DNA from: a bacterium | GTDB lineage: Bacteria > UBA8248 | Direction of reading: 5' to 3' | Assembly (NCBI GenBank): GCA_965207065.1 | Contig: OZ242260.1 | Location: forward strand, 3,968,001-4,032,000 | DNA length: 64,000 nt | Part shown: positions 1-9,440 of the stretch, one piece after another | How positions within the stretch are numbered: position 1 is the first letter of the stretch | How the letters are laid out: each line of letters begins with the position of its first letter | Program-made: the position numbers and the translations under genes | Notes under the pieces: generated by a model | What the model was told of the DNA's origin: nothing | Databases searched by the model: none | Seen by the model: the letters and a program-made list of their open reading frames with translations, nothing else

Positions 1-1
1 G

Positions 2-364
2 GTGAAACCGGTCGCCGCGTATTCCACGGGCTGGAAGGTATCGAACGGACATCTCATCATGCTGGCGGGCCAGGTGGCAGTCGACGTGGACGGCAACACG
101 GTCGGTGGGGACGACATCAGGGCGCAGACCCGGCAGGTGTACGAGAACATCAAGGCCGCGCTCGAGGCGGCAGGCGCCGGGATGGCGGACATCATCCGCC
201 TTACGGTCTATATCACCGACGCTGCGAATGTCCCGGGATGCATGGAGGTGCGGCAGACATACTTCAGCGAACCCTACCCGGCAAGCACGCTCCTGATCGT
301 GAGCGGCCTGGCGAAACCCGAATGGCTCATCGAGATCGACGCGATCGCCTTCGTGGAAGATTAG
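2..364 (+). CDS. RidA/YjgF/Rid family protein (probably 5'-truncated at the window edge)
   Basis: AYS..., AGQV, QTRQVYENIKAALEAAG, R...F...YPAST, LIEIDAIA: typical Rid family motifs. Confidence 0.88.
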   Translation: MKPVAAYSTGWKVSNGHLIMLAGQVAVDVDGNTVGGDDIRAQTRQVYENIKAALEAAGAGMADIIRLTVYITDAANVPGCMEVRQTYFSEPYPASTLLIVSGLAKPEWLIEIDAIAFVED

Positions 365-369
365 GCGCA

Positions 370-1224
370 ATGAGCAACCGCAGGGCCATCGCAGATACGC
401 TCGTGCTCGTGAAAGGAGGCGGCGACCTCGCCACAGGCGTGGCTCACCGACTTCACCGCGCGGGCTTTCCGGTCGTGATCACTGAAATCGAAAACCCCAC
501 CATGGTAAGGCGCACAGTTTCATTCGCCGAATGCCTGTATGCGGATGAGTGGAGAGTGGAGGGAATTACCTCCATCAAGGCGGACGGGGAGACGCCCGAA
601 GAGAAAGCGGAGAACGCGCGCGCCATCCTGGAGACGGGTTCGATTCCGGTGATGGTGGATCCGCAAGCAGAGGTGATCGCCCACCTCCGGCCCGCCGTCG
701 TGGTGGATGCGATTCTGGCGAAGCGAAACCTCGGCACCCGCATCGAGGACGCGGAGGTCGTTGTCGGCCTGGGGCCTGGCTTCACCGCAGGTATGGATTG
801 CCACGCCGTGGTCGAGACCTCCCGGGGACACGACCTGGGGCGGGTGATTCTCGAAGGCGCCGCGAAGCCCGACACGGGCGTTCCGGGCCCCATCGGCGGC
901 TACACCACCGAGCGGCTGCTGCGCGCTCCTCAAGCCGGCGCCTTCACCTCCATCGCCGGAATCGGCGACGTGGTGCGTGCCGGAGAGGCCGTCGCCCATG
1001 TGGACGGCGCGGAGGTACGCTCCGCCATCGACGGCGTATTGCGCGGTCTTCTGAGAGACGGCATCAAGGTGAGCACCGGCTTCAAGGTGGGCGACGTCGA
1101 CCCGAGGGCCGAGCCCGCCCATTGCCACACGATATCCGATAAATCGCGCGCCATCGGCGGCGGCGCGCTCGAGGCCATCATGATGTTCCTGTTCGGCGTA
1201 TCAGCCATGGAGTATGCGAATTGA
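370..1224 (+). CDS. yqeB: Selenium-dependent molybdenum hydroxylase system protein YqeB (EF2563 family)
   Basis: VKGGGDLATGVAHRL, VRRTVSF, DAILAKRNLGT, VETSRGHDLGR, GFKVGDVDPR, ISDKSRAIGGG; ATG at 370 just after the Rid stop. Confidence 0.92.
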   Translation: MSNRRAIADTLVLVKGGGDLATGVAHRLHRAGFPVVITEIENPTMVRRTVSFAECLYADEWRVEGITSIKADGETPEEKAENARAILETGSIPVMVDPQAEVIAHLRPAVVVDAILAKRNLGTRIEDAEVVVGLGPGFTAGMDCHAVVETSRGHDLGRVILEGAAKPDTGVPGPIGGYTTERLLRAPQAGAFTSIAGIGDVVRAGEAVAHVDGAEVRSAIDGVLRGLLRDGIKVSTGFKVGDVDPRAEPAHCHTISDKSRAIGGGALEAIMMFLFGVSAMEYAN

Positions 1225-2105
1225 GTACCGAAATTTTGAGTGAAACCGTGGAAAACGGCGCCTACAGGATCGGGCGCAGCGAAATCCCGATCAACGAGAT
1301 GAACGGGAACTCCTTCGTTCCTCCGGCGCAATTCTATCTCGCGGCGGGTGATGGGCTCGAGCGCATCGCGTGGGCGGTGAGCAAGAACCTGCCCGTCCTC
1401 CTCGTGGGGGAGACCGGCGTCGGCAAGACCCTCTCGGTGCGCCACCTCGCCCACATGACGAACAACGGATTCCGTCGCGTGAACCTGAACGGCATGACCA
1501 CGGTCGATGAGTTCGTGGGCAAGCTGATGATCAACGAACAGGGCACCTACTGGGTAAACGGCATCCTGGTTGACGCCATGCAGTCCGGCGACTGGCTGCT
1601 CATCGACGAGATCAACGCCTGTCTGCCCGAAATCGCCTTTTGCCTGCACAGCCTGCTCGACGACGACCGCATGATCGTCTTATCCGAATACGACGGCCGC
1701 ATCGTCAAGCCTCATCCGAATTTCAGGCTTTTCGCCAGCATGAACCCGCATGAGGACCGCAGGTACGGCGGGACCAAGCCCCTGAACGAGGCGCTTCTGG
1801 ACCGCTTCCCGGTCACCGTGAAGATGGACTACCTGCCCTTCGACGCGGAAGTCGAGGTCATCATGCAGCAGAGCGGGAACCGCGACGAGGAGCTCATCAA
1901 GCGCATGGTGCGCGTGGGCCACGACGTGCGCGAGGCCATGCTGAACGAGAAGGTGTTCTGCACGTTCAGCACCCGGCGCCTCATCGACTGGGCGCGCATG
2001 GCGGCGCAGTTCGACCCCATGGAAGCCGCCGTCTCGACCATCTTCAGCAAGGTCAACTCTTTCGACGCCAAAGTGCTCGAGGACATCGTAGACAACCACT
2101 TCTAG
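1221..2105 (+). CDS. CbbQ/NirQ/NorQ (CobS-like) MoxR-group AAA+ ATPase
   Basis: Walker A GETGVGKT, Walker B LLIDEIN, FASMNP, ALLDRF, C-terminal FSTRRLIDW; TTG start overlaps the yqeB stop (TTGA). Confidence 0.88.
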   Translation: MSTEILSETVENGAYRIGRSEIPINEMNGNSFVPPAQFYLAAGDGLERIAWAVSKNLPVLLVGETGVGKTLSVRHLAHMTNNGFRRVNLNGMTTVDEFVGKLMINEQGTYWVNGILVDAMQSGDWLLIDEINACLPEIAFCLHSLLDDDRMIVLSEYDGRIVKPHPNFRLFASMNPHEDRRYGGTKPLNEALLDRFPVTVKMDYLPFDAEVEVIMQQSGNRDEELIKRMVRVGHDVREAMLNEKVFCTFSTRRLIDWARMAAQFDPMEAAVSTIFSKVNSFDAKVLEDIVDNHF

Positions 2106-2119
2106 CCGGGAGATGAGGC

Positions 2120-3892
2120 ATGGAGCGCCGACGCGCCCGTCTCGAAGCGCTCGCGCAGGTGACAGCACACGATTACGAGCTCGCCCTGAACTTCGGCCCG
2201 AAGGCGAAGAACGGCGATGACGCCATTCACGTCGAAGACCCCGAACAAACCCTGGCGCGCCTGGGCGGCGACCTGAACGACGAGCACGTCCTCAGGTTCC
2301 AGAAGGGCATGACGCTCATCGAGGTGGCCCACAAAATCCAGGGGACGTTCCGCTGGGCGGGCCGCGCCGCGCTCGCAAACCGCGAGAGACCGGGACTTTT
2401 CCACATATGGCACACGCTCGAGGACGCGCGGTGCGAAAACCGCCTCGCCGAATCGCTGCCCGGCACCAAGAAGAATTTCCGCGCCTTCATCCTCCCGGCC
2501 ATCGAGGCGGCAGAGCGCAACCACATGAGTGGACAACTGCCGCTGTTTCTTCAGATCCAGTGGGGGATCTACCTCGCCGGAATCGGGCAGACGCCCGGCG
2601 TCCCTTCCGCGCGCCCCGGGGATTTGCCCGCGGCCTGGTTCGATACCGCCGTCGTTCAGATTTTTCACAGGCTCATCCCGCTGGTAGACCGCGCCTGCGC
2701 CGCCGATGACCCCAAAACCGCCTTCGATTGCGCCAACGAGATTTACGACGCCATCCAGCGCTATCTCACCGAAGAGCAGCTCTCCCGGATGGGCGAGGAT
2801 CAGGACCTCTCTGAGGTTCCTGAAGAGATTCTGCAGAAAATCGAAAGCCAGAACCTGGAGGGCGACGATGATGAAGCCCTCGATATGCTTCACCCCGAAG
2901 CGGCCGAGGAAATCGACGAAGAAGACGTGGGCGAGCAGGTCGAGCTGAGTCCGGAGGAACTCGCGGCGCTCGGGCACTGGGCCGCTCCCTGGTTCGAACT
3001 CGAGGGGAACAAAAAGGAAATCCACCCCACCGCAGATCATCCCGACGAGAGAACCATCGTACTGCCGCCCGAGGGCAAGGCCGAAGAATACGCGGCCGTC
3101 ATCGACAATGCTGGGAGCCACATCAAGGTGCTGGTGTGGAAGCTCATGCAGATCATCCAGGAGAGAACCTACACACGCTTCAGCGGCTCGCACCGTTCGG
3201 GCAAGCTGAACCTCCCGAAACTGTGGAAGCAAAGGCTGGGAAAATTCCATCTCTTCCACCGAAAAGAAGAGCCCGACAAGCTCGACGTGTGCTTTACGCT
3301 GCTCGTGGACGAGAGCGGCAGTATGAACCGCGAGTCGAAGTACATGGCCGCCAGGGAGGCGACCATCTTCTTCGCCGAAGCGCTCGACCGCCTCGACGTA
3401 CCCTTCGAGGTCATCGGTTACTCCACCGAGAGTTCTGAAGCCGCCATGGCGGCGGCCCTGGGACACATCCCGGCGTTCAAGTTCCGCCACATCCGGCACT
3501 CGCCGCTCCAGCACCGCATATACAAGGGTTTCGAAGATCACTTCGCCCAGGTCAAGAACAGGCTCGTCAACATCTACCCGCGCTTCAACAACTGGGACGA
3601 GGAACACCTGCTCTTCGCCTACCGCAGGCTCATCCAGCGGCCCGAGGAGGAGAAGATCATCATCATCACCTCGGACGGCCAGCCCAACGGGGATGCGACC
3701 CACCTCGTGAACACGGTGAACCGGCTGCAGAAACTCGGCGTCCGCGTCATCGGCGTCGGCGTGGTGGACCCCTTCGTCGAGCAAATCTACCCCAACCACA
3801 TCGTGGTGCAGGACCTCTCCCAGCTTTCCACCGAACTCGTGAACATCCTGAGGCGAGAGTTGCTCGGCGGCCTGGAGAGCCGCACTTGGTAG
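2120..3892 (+). CDS. NorD/CbbO/CobT-like vWA domain protein (AAA+ adaptor)
   Basis: N-terminal HTLEDARCEN motif, acidic linker, SGKL, MIDAS LLVDESGSM, TSDGQPN. Confidence 0.85.
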   Translation: MERRRARLEALAQVTAHDYELALNFGPKAKNGDDAIHVEDPEQTLARLGGDLNDEHVLRFQKGMTLIEVAHKIQGTFRWAGRAALANRERPGLFHIWHTLEDARCENRLAESLPGTKKNFRAFILPAIEAAERNHMSGQLPLFLQIQWGIYLAGIGQTPGVPSARPGDLPAAWFDTAVVQIFHRLIPLVDRACAADDPKTAFDCANEIYDAIQRYLTEEQLSRMGEDQDLSEVPEEILQKIESQNLEGDDDEALDMLHPEAAEEIDEEDVGEQVELSPEELAALGHWAAPWFELEGNKKEIHPTADHPDERTIVLPPEGKAEEYAAVIDNAGSHIKVLVWKLMQIIQERTYTRFSGSHRSGKLNLPKLWKQRLGKFHLFHRKEEPDKLDVCFTLLVDESGSMNRESKYMAAREATIFFAEALDRLDVPFEVIGYSTESSEAAMAAALGHIPAFKFRHIRHSPLQHRIYKGFEDHFAQVKNRLVNIYPRFNNWDEEHLLFAYRRLIQRPEEEKIIIITSDGQPNGDATHLVNTVNRLQKLGVRVIGVGVVDPFVEQIYPNHIVVQDLSQLSTELVNILRRELLGGLESRTW

Positions 3893-4713
3893 CGGAAGAA
3901 GACATCGTCCGCTCCCTCGGGGTCGAACCGGGCCAGAGCGTCGCGGCGGTCGGCGGAGGCGGCAAAACAAGCCTGCTGACGGCGATCGCCAGGCAGTTTC
4001 ATGCGCAAACCGGAAAGCCTGCGATTCTCACGACGACAACGAAGATTTTCGCGCCCCTTCCCGAAGAAGGGCTCGGGCTCGCCCTGGGTGACGCCGAGAC
4101 CCTCTCAATCAACCTCAAGTCCTTTATGAACGCATGCGGCATATCCTGGTTCGCTCGCCGCCGCAAGGGGATAGCCCCGGTTCCGGGCCATGAGAGCGAG
4201 CAGCGAATGAAGCTGAGCGGTTTTATGCCTTCTGAAATCTCCCACTTCACGCTGGGTAATGCCCTCACACTCATCGAAGCGGACGGAGCCAGAAGACTGC
4301 CCATCAAGGCGCCGGGTCCCGATGAACCCGTATTGCCGGAGAATCTCGACATTGTATTGGGCGTCGTGGGGCTGGACGCGCTGGGCGCGCCTCTCAACGA
4401 GGCGCACGTCTTTCGTCCCGGGGCTCTCGCGCGGATCTGCGACCTTCAAATCGGTGAAGAAATAACGGCTGCGGCGATCGGGAGATTATGCGCGCATCCC
4501 GATGGTCTCTTTCACAAGGCAGAGGCCGACGCGTGCAAGTGGATCGTCGTGAACAAGGCCGATCTGGAGACCTCACTGGAAAAATTGCGAGAAATCGCAT
4601 ATATTGTATGGAAGTTGGCCGGTAAGCCTCATGGCCCGGCGGACGGCATCCTCTTCACGTCTTGTATGAACAACGAATGTGAAGTATTCATACGTATCAT
4701 ACAAGATGCGTAA
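3886..4713 (+). CDS. yqeC: Selenium cofactor biosynthesis protein YqeC
   Basis: VGGGGKTS, TTTTKI, IEADGARRLPIKAPGPDEP, VVGLDALG, NKAD; overlaps the vWA stop. Confidence 0.9.
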   Translation: MVAEEDIVRSLGVEPGQSVAAVGGGGKTSLLTAIARQFHAQTGKPAILTTTTKIFAPLPEEGLGLALGDAETLSINLKSFMNACGISWFARRRKGIAPVPGHESEQRMKLSGFMPSEISHFTLGNALTLIEADGARRLPIKAPGPDEPVLPENLDIVLGVVGLDALGAPLNEAHVFRPGALARICDLQIGEEITAAAIGRLCAHPDGLFHKAEADACKWIVVNKADLETSLEKLREIAYIVWKLAGKPHGPADGILFTSCMNNECEVFIRIIQDA

Positions 4714-4744
4714 TGACTGCAATTTCATGTAGGTGGAGCAAGGA

Positions 4745-5890
4745 ATGAGCAAGGACGTATTCAGGGAAATGGCGAAACTCAAGGAAGACGGCCAGAGCGG
4801 CGCGCTCGCCACGGTCGTTGCCCGCAAGGGTTCCGCGCCCATGAGCGGCGATGCGAAGATGCTCGTGCGCGAGGACGGCAGCACGGAGGGCACGGTCGGG
4901 GGCGGTTGTCTCGAGGCCGAAGTCTGGGAAACGGCCATGAGCGTCCTCGAGTCGGGCGAACCCGAAAAGCTCCGTTTCGACCTCACCCAACAGGAAGCCG
5001 AAGACAGCGGACACATCTGCGGCGGCGTGGTGGAGATACTCGTGGAACCCTTCCGGGCGTTCCAGGAAGAGTTGCTCGATGAGATCAACCGCATCAGAAC
5101 CGAGGGAGGCAGCGCGGCGCTGGCGACCATCGTTCAGCCGGGCGATATCGAGGCGCCGAATGCGGAGAGCAGAAAGATGCTCTTCAGGCGCGACGGCAGC
5201 GCCGTGGGCGAGATTCCCGACTATTCCACGGAAATCTGGGCCGAGAGCACCCAGATCATCCGAAACGGCAGTCCCACTCTCCTGCAGTTCAACACGGACG
5301 CAGCGCGCACCGGCGAAAAAAGACCCACGCTCGAGGGAGCGACCGAAATTTTTGTCGAACCCATATCCGGCCAGCCGCTCGTATATATCTTCGGCGGCGG
5401 GCATGTTTCTTTTTGCGTCGCGCAGGCGGCCTACCTTGCCGGTTTCCGGGTTTCGGTTGTCGAGGACAGGCCCTCGTTCGCCAACAAGGAGCGCTTCCCG
5501 ATGGCGGAATCGTTCTTCGTCGGGGAATTCCCTGAAATTTTCGAGAAAATTCAGGTCGACGAATCCGACTACATGGCCATCATCACCCGGGGCCACTCGA
5601 ACGACGAGGTCGTCCTCGAATGGGCGATGAAGACACCCGCGCGCTATATCGGGATGATTGGCTCCAAAAGCAAGGTGCTGCTCACCTATCGTCATCTTCA
5701 GGACAGGGGCTACGGCAGAGGCGAACTCATCGAGCGCGTCCATGCGCCCATCGGACTGGACATCGGCGCCGATACGCCGGGTGAAATCGGGGTCGCCATC
5801 GTCGCCGAACTCATCCGTCACCGCCGCAAGGGCGGCGCGCAGAGCGAGGGCGCAGGCAGCAAAAGGGTGCAACTCAAAAGAAAATCCTAA
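4745..5890 (+). CDS. xdhC: XdhC/CoxI family molybdo-hydroxylase maturation factor (alternative start 4733)
   Basis: GSAP, GTVGGGCLE, ICGG, FGGGHV, TRGH, YIGMIGSK, APIGLDIGADTPGEI. Confidence 0.92.
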   Translation: MSKDVFREMAKLKEDGQSGALATVVARKGSAPMSGDAKMLVREDGSTEGTVGGGCLEAEVWETAMSVLESGEPEKLRFDLTQQEAEDSGHICGGVVEILVEPFRAFQEELLDEINRIRTEGGSAALATIVQPGDIEAPNAESRKMLFRRDGSAVGEIPDYSTEIWAESTQIIRNGSPTLLQFNTDAARTGEKRPTLEGATEIFVEPISGQPLVYIFGGGHVSFCVAQAAYLAGFRVSVVEDRPSFANKERFPMAESFFVGEFPEIFEKIQVDESDYMAIITRGHSNDEVVLEWAMKTPARYIGMIGSKSKVLLTYRHLQDRGYGRGELIERVHAPIGLDIGADTPGEIGVAIVAELIRHRRKGGAQSEGAGSKRVQLKRKS

Positions 5891-5969
5891 AGTTTCTCGC
5901 CGCAAACGGCCCGTGCGAGGGGGCCGAATTCCTTAACACCCATGACCCGAAGCGAGCGCTTTCAGGACC

Positions 5970-6725
5970 ATGGGTTACCTCGGCAGGATCATCGGCGCAG
6001 CAATTGATTTCCTCATCCCCCCGAAATGCCTCTTGTGTTCGGCTTCCATGAAAATCGGCGATCCGCAGGCGATATGCACGCCATGCACGGATGCCTTCGA
6101 ACGCTTCGAGCCGCCCTGGTGTCCTCGTTGCGGCAATCCATTCGGCTCCCTGAGCACCCTCGCCCATTCACCGGCCCACGTCTGCGCGGAATGCCTGGAA
6201 AACGGGCATCACTACGACATGGCCCGCGCCATCGGCGCGTATGAGGACTCGCTGCGGGAATCGGTCCACCTCTTCAAGTTCCAGGGCTTCACGAAACTCG
6301 CGCGCGAGTTCGCTCCCCATCTCGCCAGGCTCGCGACGGACGAATTCGGCGTGGATGAAGAAGCCCGGAACGTGGTGGTGACGCACGTGCCCATCGACCC
6401 CGCCCGCTGGAAGACGAGAGGCTTCGATCAGGCGATGCTGCTCGCCCTCATGACGGCGGAATGCCTGGGCAAACCCCACGCGGACCTACTCGAGCGCGCG
6501 AAGGAGACCCGCTCGCAGACCGGCCTCTCCGCCAGGGAGCGGCGCCGGAACATGCGGGGCGTCTTCCGGATTCGACCCAAAGTAGCGCGCGAAAAGCTCA
6601 AGGCGGCCACGTGCATCCTGGTAGACGACGTCGTCACGACCGGATCGACCGCATCGGCCTGCGCCCGTGAACTCAAAAAAGCGGGCGCCGAAGCGGTGCA
6701 TCTGCTTACGATTTGCCGATCTTGA
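5970..6725 (+). CDS. comF: ComF family double zinc-ribbon phosphoribosyltransferase-like protein
   Basis: Four CxxC pairs, FKF, RGFDQA, SQTGLSARERRRN, LVDDVVTTGST. Confidence 0.9.
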   Translation: MGYLGRIIGAAIDFLIPPKCLLCSASMKIGDPQAICTPCTDAFERFEPPWCPRCGNPFGSLSTLAHSPAHVCAECLENGHHYDMARAIGAYEDSLRESVHLFKFQGFTKLAREFAPHLARLATDEFGVDEEARNVVVTHVPIDPARWKTRGFDQAMLLALMTAECLGKPHADLLERAKETRSQTGLSARERRRNMRGVFRIRPKVAREKLKAATCILVDDVVTTGSTASACARELKKAGAEAVHLLTICRS

Positions 6726-6782
6726 GGGCGGGCGCTTTGGCAGGGACAGGCCGCAATTTGCGCCCTACAAACAAATAAATTG

Positions 6783-6960
6783 TGGGATTGTTGAAAAAAA
6801 CCTCCTTGATCGGAATTGACCACCGACGTCATTCCGGCTTTCGCCGGAATGACGAAGAAAAACGCACCGACTCATAAGGATAGGTCGCAACCTATCCCTA
6901 CAGCCATTCTCCCTGGCTCAATACCCTGACTCACACAATCAGGACTATTTCAACAACTCA
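6783..6960. mobile_element. MITE-like module bounded by TTGTTGAAA...TTTCAACAA ends, containing a GTCATTCCGGC-TTTC-GCCGGAATGAC palindrome
   Basis: Left end tgggattgttgaaaaa, right end tatttcaacaactca; internal palindrome at about 6828-6853; similar ends recur 5 more times in the window. Confidence 0.55.
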
Positions 6961-7078
6961 GTTGTCAACAATATTGTTGTCATTGAAGTTGTTATTTGGT
7001 TTGCGTAACGTAGAGGCTGGCCGCGATTTATGTCCTATATACTATATCATCTTTCGACAAGAGGTCTGCGTAATCCCC

Positions 7079-8107
7079 TCACCCATCCCCAACCATCCTC
7101 GCCGCCAGGATGAGCGCATCGACCATGCTGGAGGGGTCGGCAATACCTTGGCCTGCGATGGGGAATCCCGTTCCGTGCTCCACCGAAGTTCTGATGATGG
7201 GCAGTCCCAGCGTCACGTTCACGCCGCGAACGCTCGCCTGCCCCTGGGAGTCGAAGCGGAAACACATCAATTTGCCCGGAATATGGCCCTGATCGTGGTA
7301 CATCGCCACAACACCGCTGTAATACCCGCCGCGCAACTTGCCGAAAATCGTATCCGGCGGCTCGGGGCCGTGCGCGTCGACGCCCATCTCCCGTAAATCT
7401 GCGACCGCAGGCGCAATTTCCTCCACCTCTTCCCTGCCGAACAAACCGCCCTCGCCCGCATGGGGATTGAGGCCCGCAAGGCCGATTCTGGGCGTTTTGC
7501 GATCAAGCCGACGCAGGGCGTCGTCCAGTACGCGCGCCACGTAAACGATTCTCTTTCTCTTGACGCGCCTGAGAGCAACTCGCAAGGGACAGTGGGTGGA
7601 GAGGTGCGCAATGCGTAACTTTCGGTGCGCCAGCATCATGACGGGCTGCCCCTCCCCGCACAGATCGGCGAGCATTTCAGTATGACCGGGGTAGTCATAA
7701 CCCCCGGCTTGCAGGGATTCCTTGTTGATCGGCGCAGTGGCTATGGCGTCCACCTTGCCTATGCGCGCCATCGAGACGGCCTTTTCGATGTACCGGCCCG
7801 CCGCCACGCCCAATTCGGGGAGGACCTTTCCGAAAACGCGGTGCTCGGAGGCCACGTTTTTGAGATCGATCACGGGCGTAATCTCAGTGTCCCTATCTTG
7901 TGCGAGCTTTGCCTCGTCCGCCACCCGTTTCAGACGCGCCGGAATCTTCATCCTTCGGGCGTGTTTCCTGAGCACGGCCATATCGCCCACGATGAGTGGC
8001 GCACATTTTTTCTGAACGCTCGCCTCCTGTGCGGCTTTGAGGCATACCTCGGGCCCCACCCCAGCCGGGTCTCCCATGGTCATCGCGATTACAGGTCTTC
8101 GTTTCAA
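7079..8107 (-). CDS. pdxA: 4-hydroxythreonine-4-phosphate dehydrogenase PdxA family
   Basis: TMGDPAGVGPE, TAPINKE, GHTE, GLNPHAGE, PPDT, MYHDQGHIP, RTSVEHGT. Confidence 0.93.
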   Translation of the reverse strand: MKRRPVIAMTMGDPAGVGPEVCLKAAQEASVQKKCAPLIVGDMAVLRKHARRMKIPARLKRVADEAKLAQDRDTEITPVIDLKNVASEHRVFGKVLPELGVAAGRYIEKAVSMARIGKVDAIATAPINKESLQAGGYDYPGHTEMLADLCGEGQPVMMLAHRKLRIAHLSTHCPLRVALRRVKRKRIVYVARVLDDALRRLDRKTPRIGLAGLNPHAGEGGLFGREEVEEIAPAVADLREMGVDAHGPEPPDTIFGKLRGGYYSGVVAMYHDQGHIPGKLMCFRFDSQGQASVRGVNVTLGLPIIRTSVEHGTGFPIAGQGIADPSSMVDALILAARMVGDG

Positions 8108-8317
8108 CGCGGCTCCCTTTTTTTCTCAGCGCGCCATGTGCGGATATCTCTTCGCGTTCAGGCAAATCCGAGCATATCACTTAGAGCAGGTTATCGTATT
8201 CCCGCATCATCGATTCCCGGAATATTTCACCTGGAACTCTTGACTTGGGCCTTATGCGGCGCGGAAGATGGCTCCATTAAATGAAAGAATATGCAACTAT
8301 CACCGAGAGGAATTTCC

Positions 8318-8827
8318 TTGAGCGAAAAGGGCGCAAGCGCAGGCAAAACAGTCCGGAAACTTCATGAACTCGGATTCACGCACGTTCTCATGATCCCGGA
8401 CAGTGAGAGTCGCCTCCTATACGAAGCACTGGATAACGACACCAAAATCGACCTGATCACCCCCTGCCGGGAGGGAGAATCCGTCGCCATCGCGGCCGGG
8501 CTCTGGACGGGCGGCCTCAAGCCGTTGCTCGTGATTCAGAACACGGGACTGATGGAAGCGGGAGATTCCCTGAGAGGCTGCGGCGTCGGCCCCAATGTGC
8601 CCTTGCGCATGATGGTCGGTTGGCGGGGGTACGGCGGCGCCATGGCCGGTAAGCTGCCGATCGACTCGGCCTATACCTACACGGAACCGCTGCTTCAGGC
8701 GTGGAGAATCCCGACCTGGCACCTCATGTCGGACGATGATCTAGGAACGCTCAAAATGATGGACCAGACGGCGGCGGAAACTTCTTATCCGGCGGCCGTC
8801 ATCACCGGCTACGGGTTCAAACCTTAG
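8318..8827 (+). CDS. ThDP enzyme N-terminal (PYR) subunit, sulfopyruvate decarboxylase alpha (ComD)-like; alternative start 8291
   Basis: IPDS, REGESVAIAAG, IQNTGL, VGWRG; GAGAGGA RBS before TTG 8318. Confidence 0.78.
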   Translation: MSEKGASAGKTVRKLHELGFTHVLMIPDSESRLLYEALDNDTKIDLITPCREGESVAIAAGLWTGGLKPLLVIQNTGLMEAGDSLRGCGVGPNVPLRMMVGWRGYGGAMAGKLPIDSAYTYTEPLLQAWRIPTWHLMSDDDLGTLKMMDQTAAETSYPAAVITGYGFKP

Positions 8828-8841
8828 AAGGCGGACCACCC

Positions 8842-9429
8842 TTGATAGAACGCATGGAACTGTTCCAGGCAGTGGCGGAGCAAAGAACAAACGAGATTGT
8901 GGTCATGACCATGACGGCCACGCTTCAATGGCCGCTGGTCTCAGAGAGTGATCTCGATTTCGATTTTCTCGCCTTCGGCATGGGGCACGCCGCCGATTTC
9001 GGCTTAGGCCTCGCCATCGCCCGGCCCGAGCGAAAAACCATCGTCTGGAAAGGCGACGGGGGTATGCTGATGAGCCTGGGCTCGCTGGTGACGCTGGCCA
9101 AGTATGCGCCCGAAAACATGGTGGTCTTCCTGCTCGAGAACAGGAGCTACGAGATGGTGGGCGGGCAGGAGCTTCCCCCGCGGGCCGATTTCATCGAACT
9201 GGCGCGCGCCTCAGGCTTTGAGGGCGGCGGCGCGTCGTCCAAAGGCAAGGTGGAGCGCATAGATTCACTCGAAGCGTTTCAGGAAGCCCTGCCCCGCATA
9301 CTTACCGAAGCGGGCCCTCATTTCATCGTTTTGCCGGTCACGAACAGAGAAAAACTACCGCCGGTGAACCATTCGGATCATGCAGGGAGAATCCAGACTT
9401 TAAGAAAGGCGCTGAACGTCTCTGAATAG
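8842..9429 (+). CDS. ThDP enzyme C-terminal (PP) subunit, sulfopyruvate decarboxylase beta (ComE)-like
   Basis: GMGHA, GLGLA, GDGGMLMSLG...LENRSY ThDP-binding motif. Confidence 0.8.
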   Translation: MIERMELFQAVAEQRTNEIVVMTMTATLQWPLVSESDLDFDFLAFGMGHAADFGLGLAIARPERKTIVWKGDGGMLMSLGSLVTLAKYAPENMVVFLLENRSYEMVGGQELPPRADFIELARASGFEGGGASSKGKVERIDSLEAFQEALPRILTEAGPHFIVLPVTNREKLPPVNHSDHAGRIQTLRKALNVSE

Positions 9430-9440
9430 ACCAAGGACCT

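Noticed and set aside
2102-3970. Long antisense or alternate-frame ORFs (for example 2102-3970, 14200-16272, 30743-32443, 35272-37002)
   Set aside because: They are shadow ORFs of well-supported genes in GC-rich DNA, with no recognisable motifs.
370-5890. Selenocysteine (UGA) read-through in the selenium-related operon
   Set aside because: The ORFs appear full-length for their families, and the yqeB TGA overlaps the next start codon.
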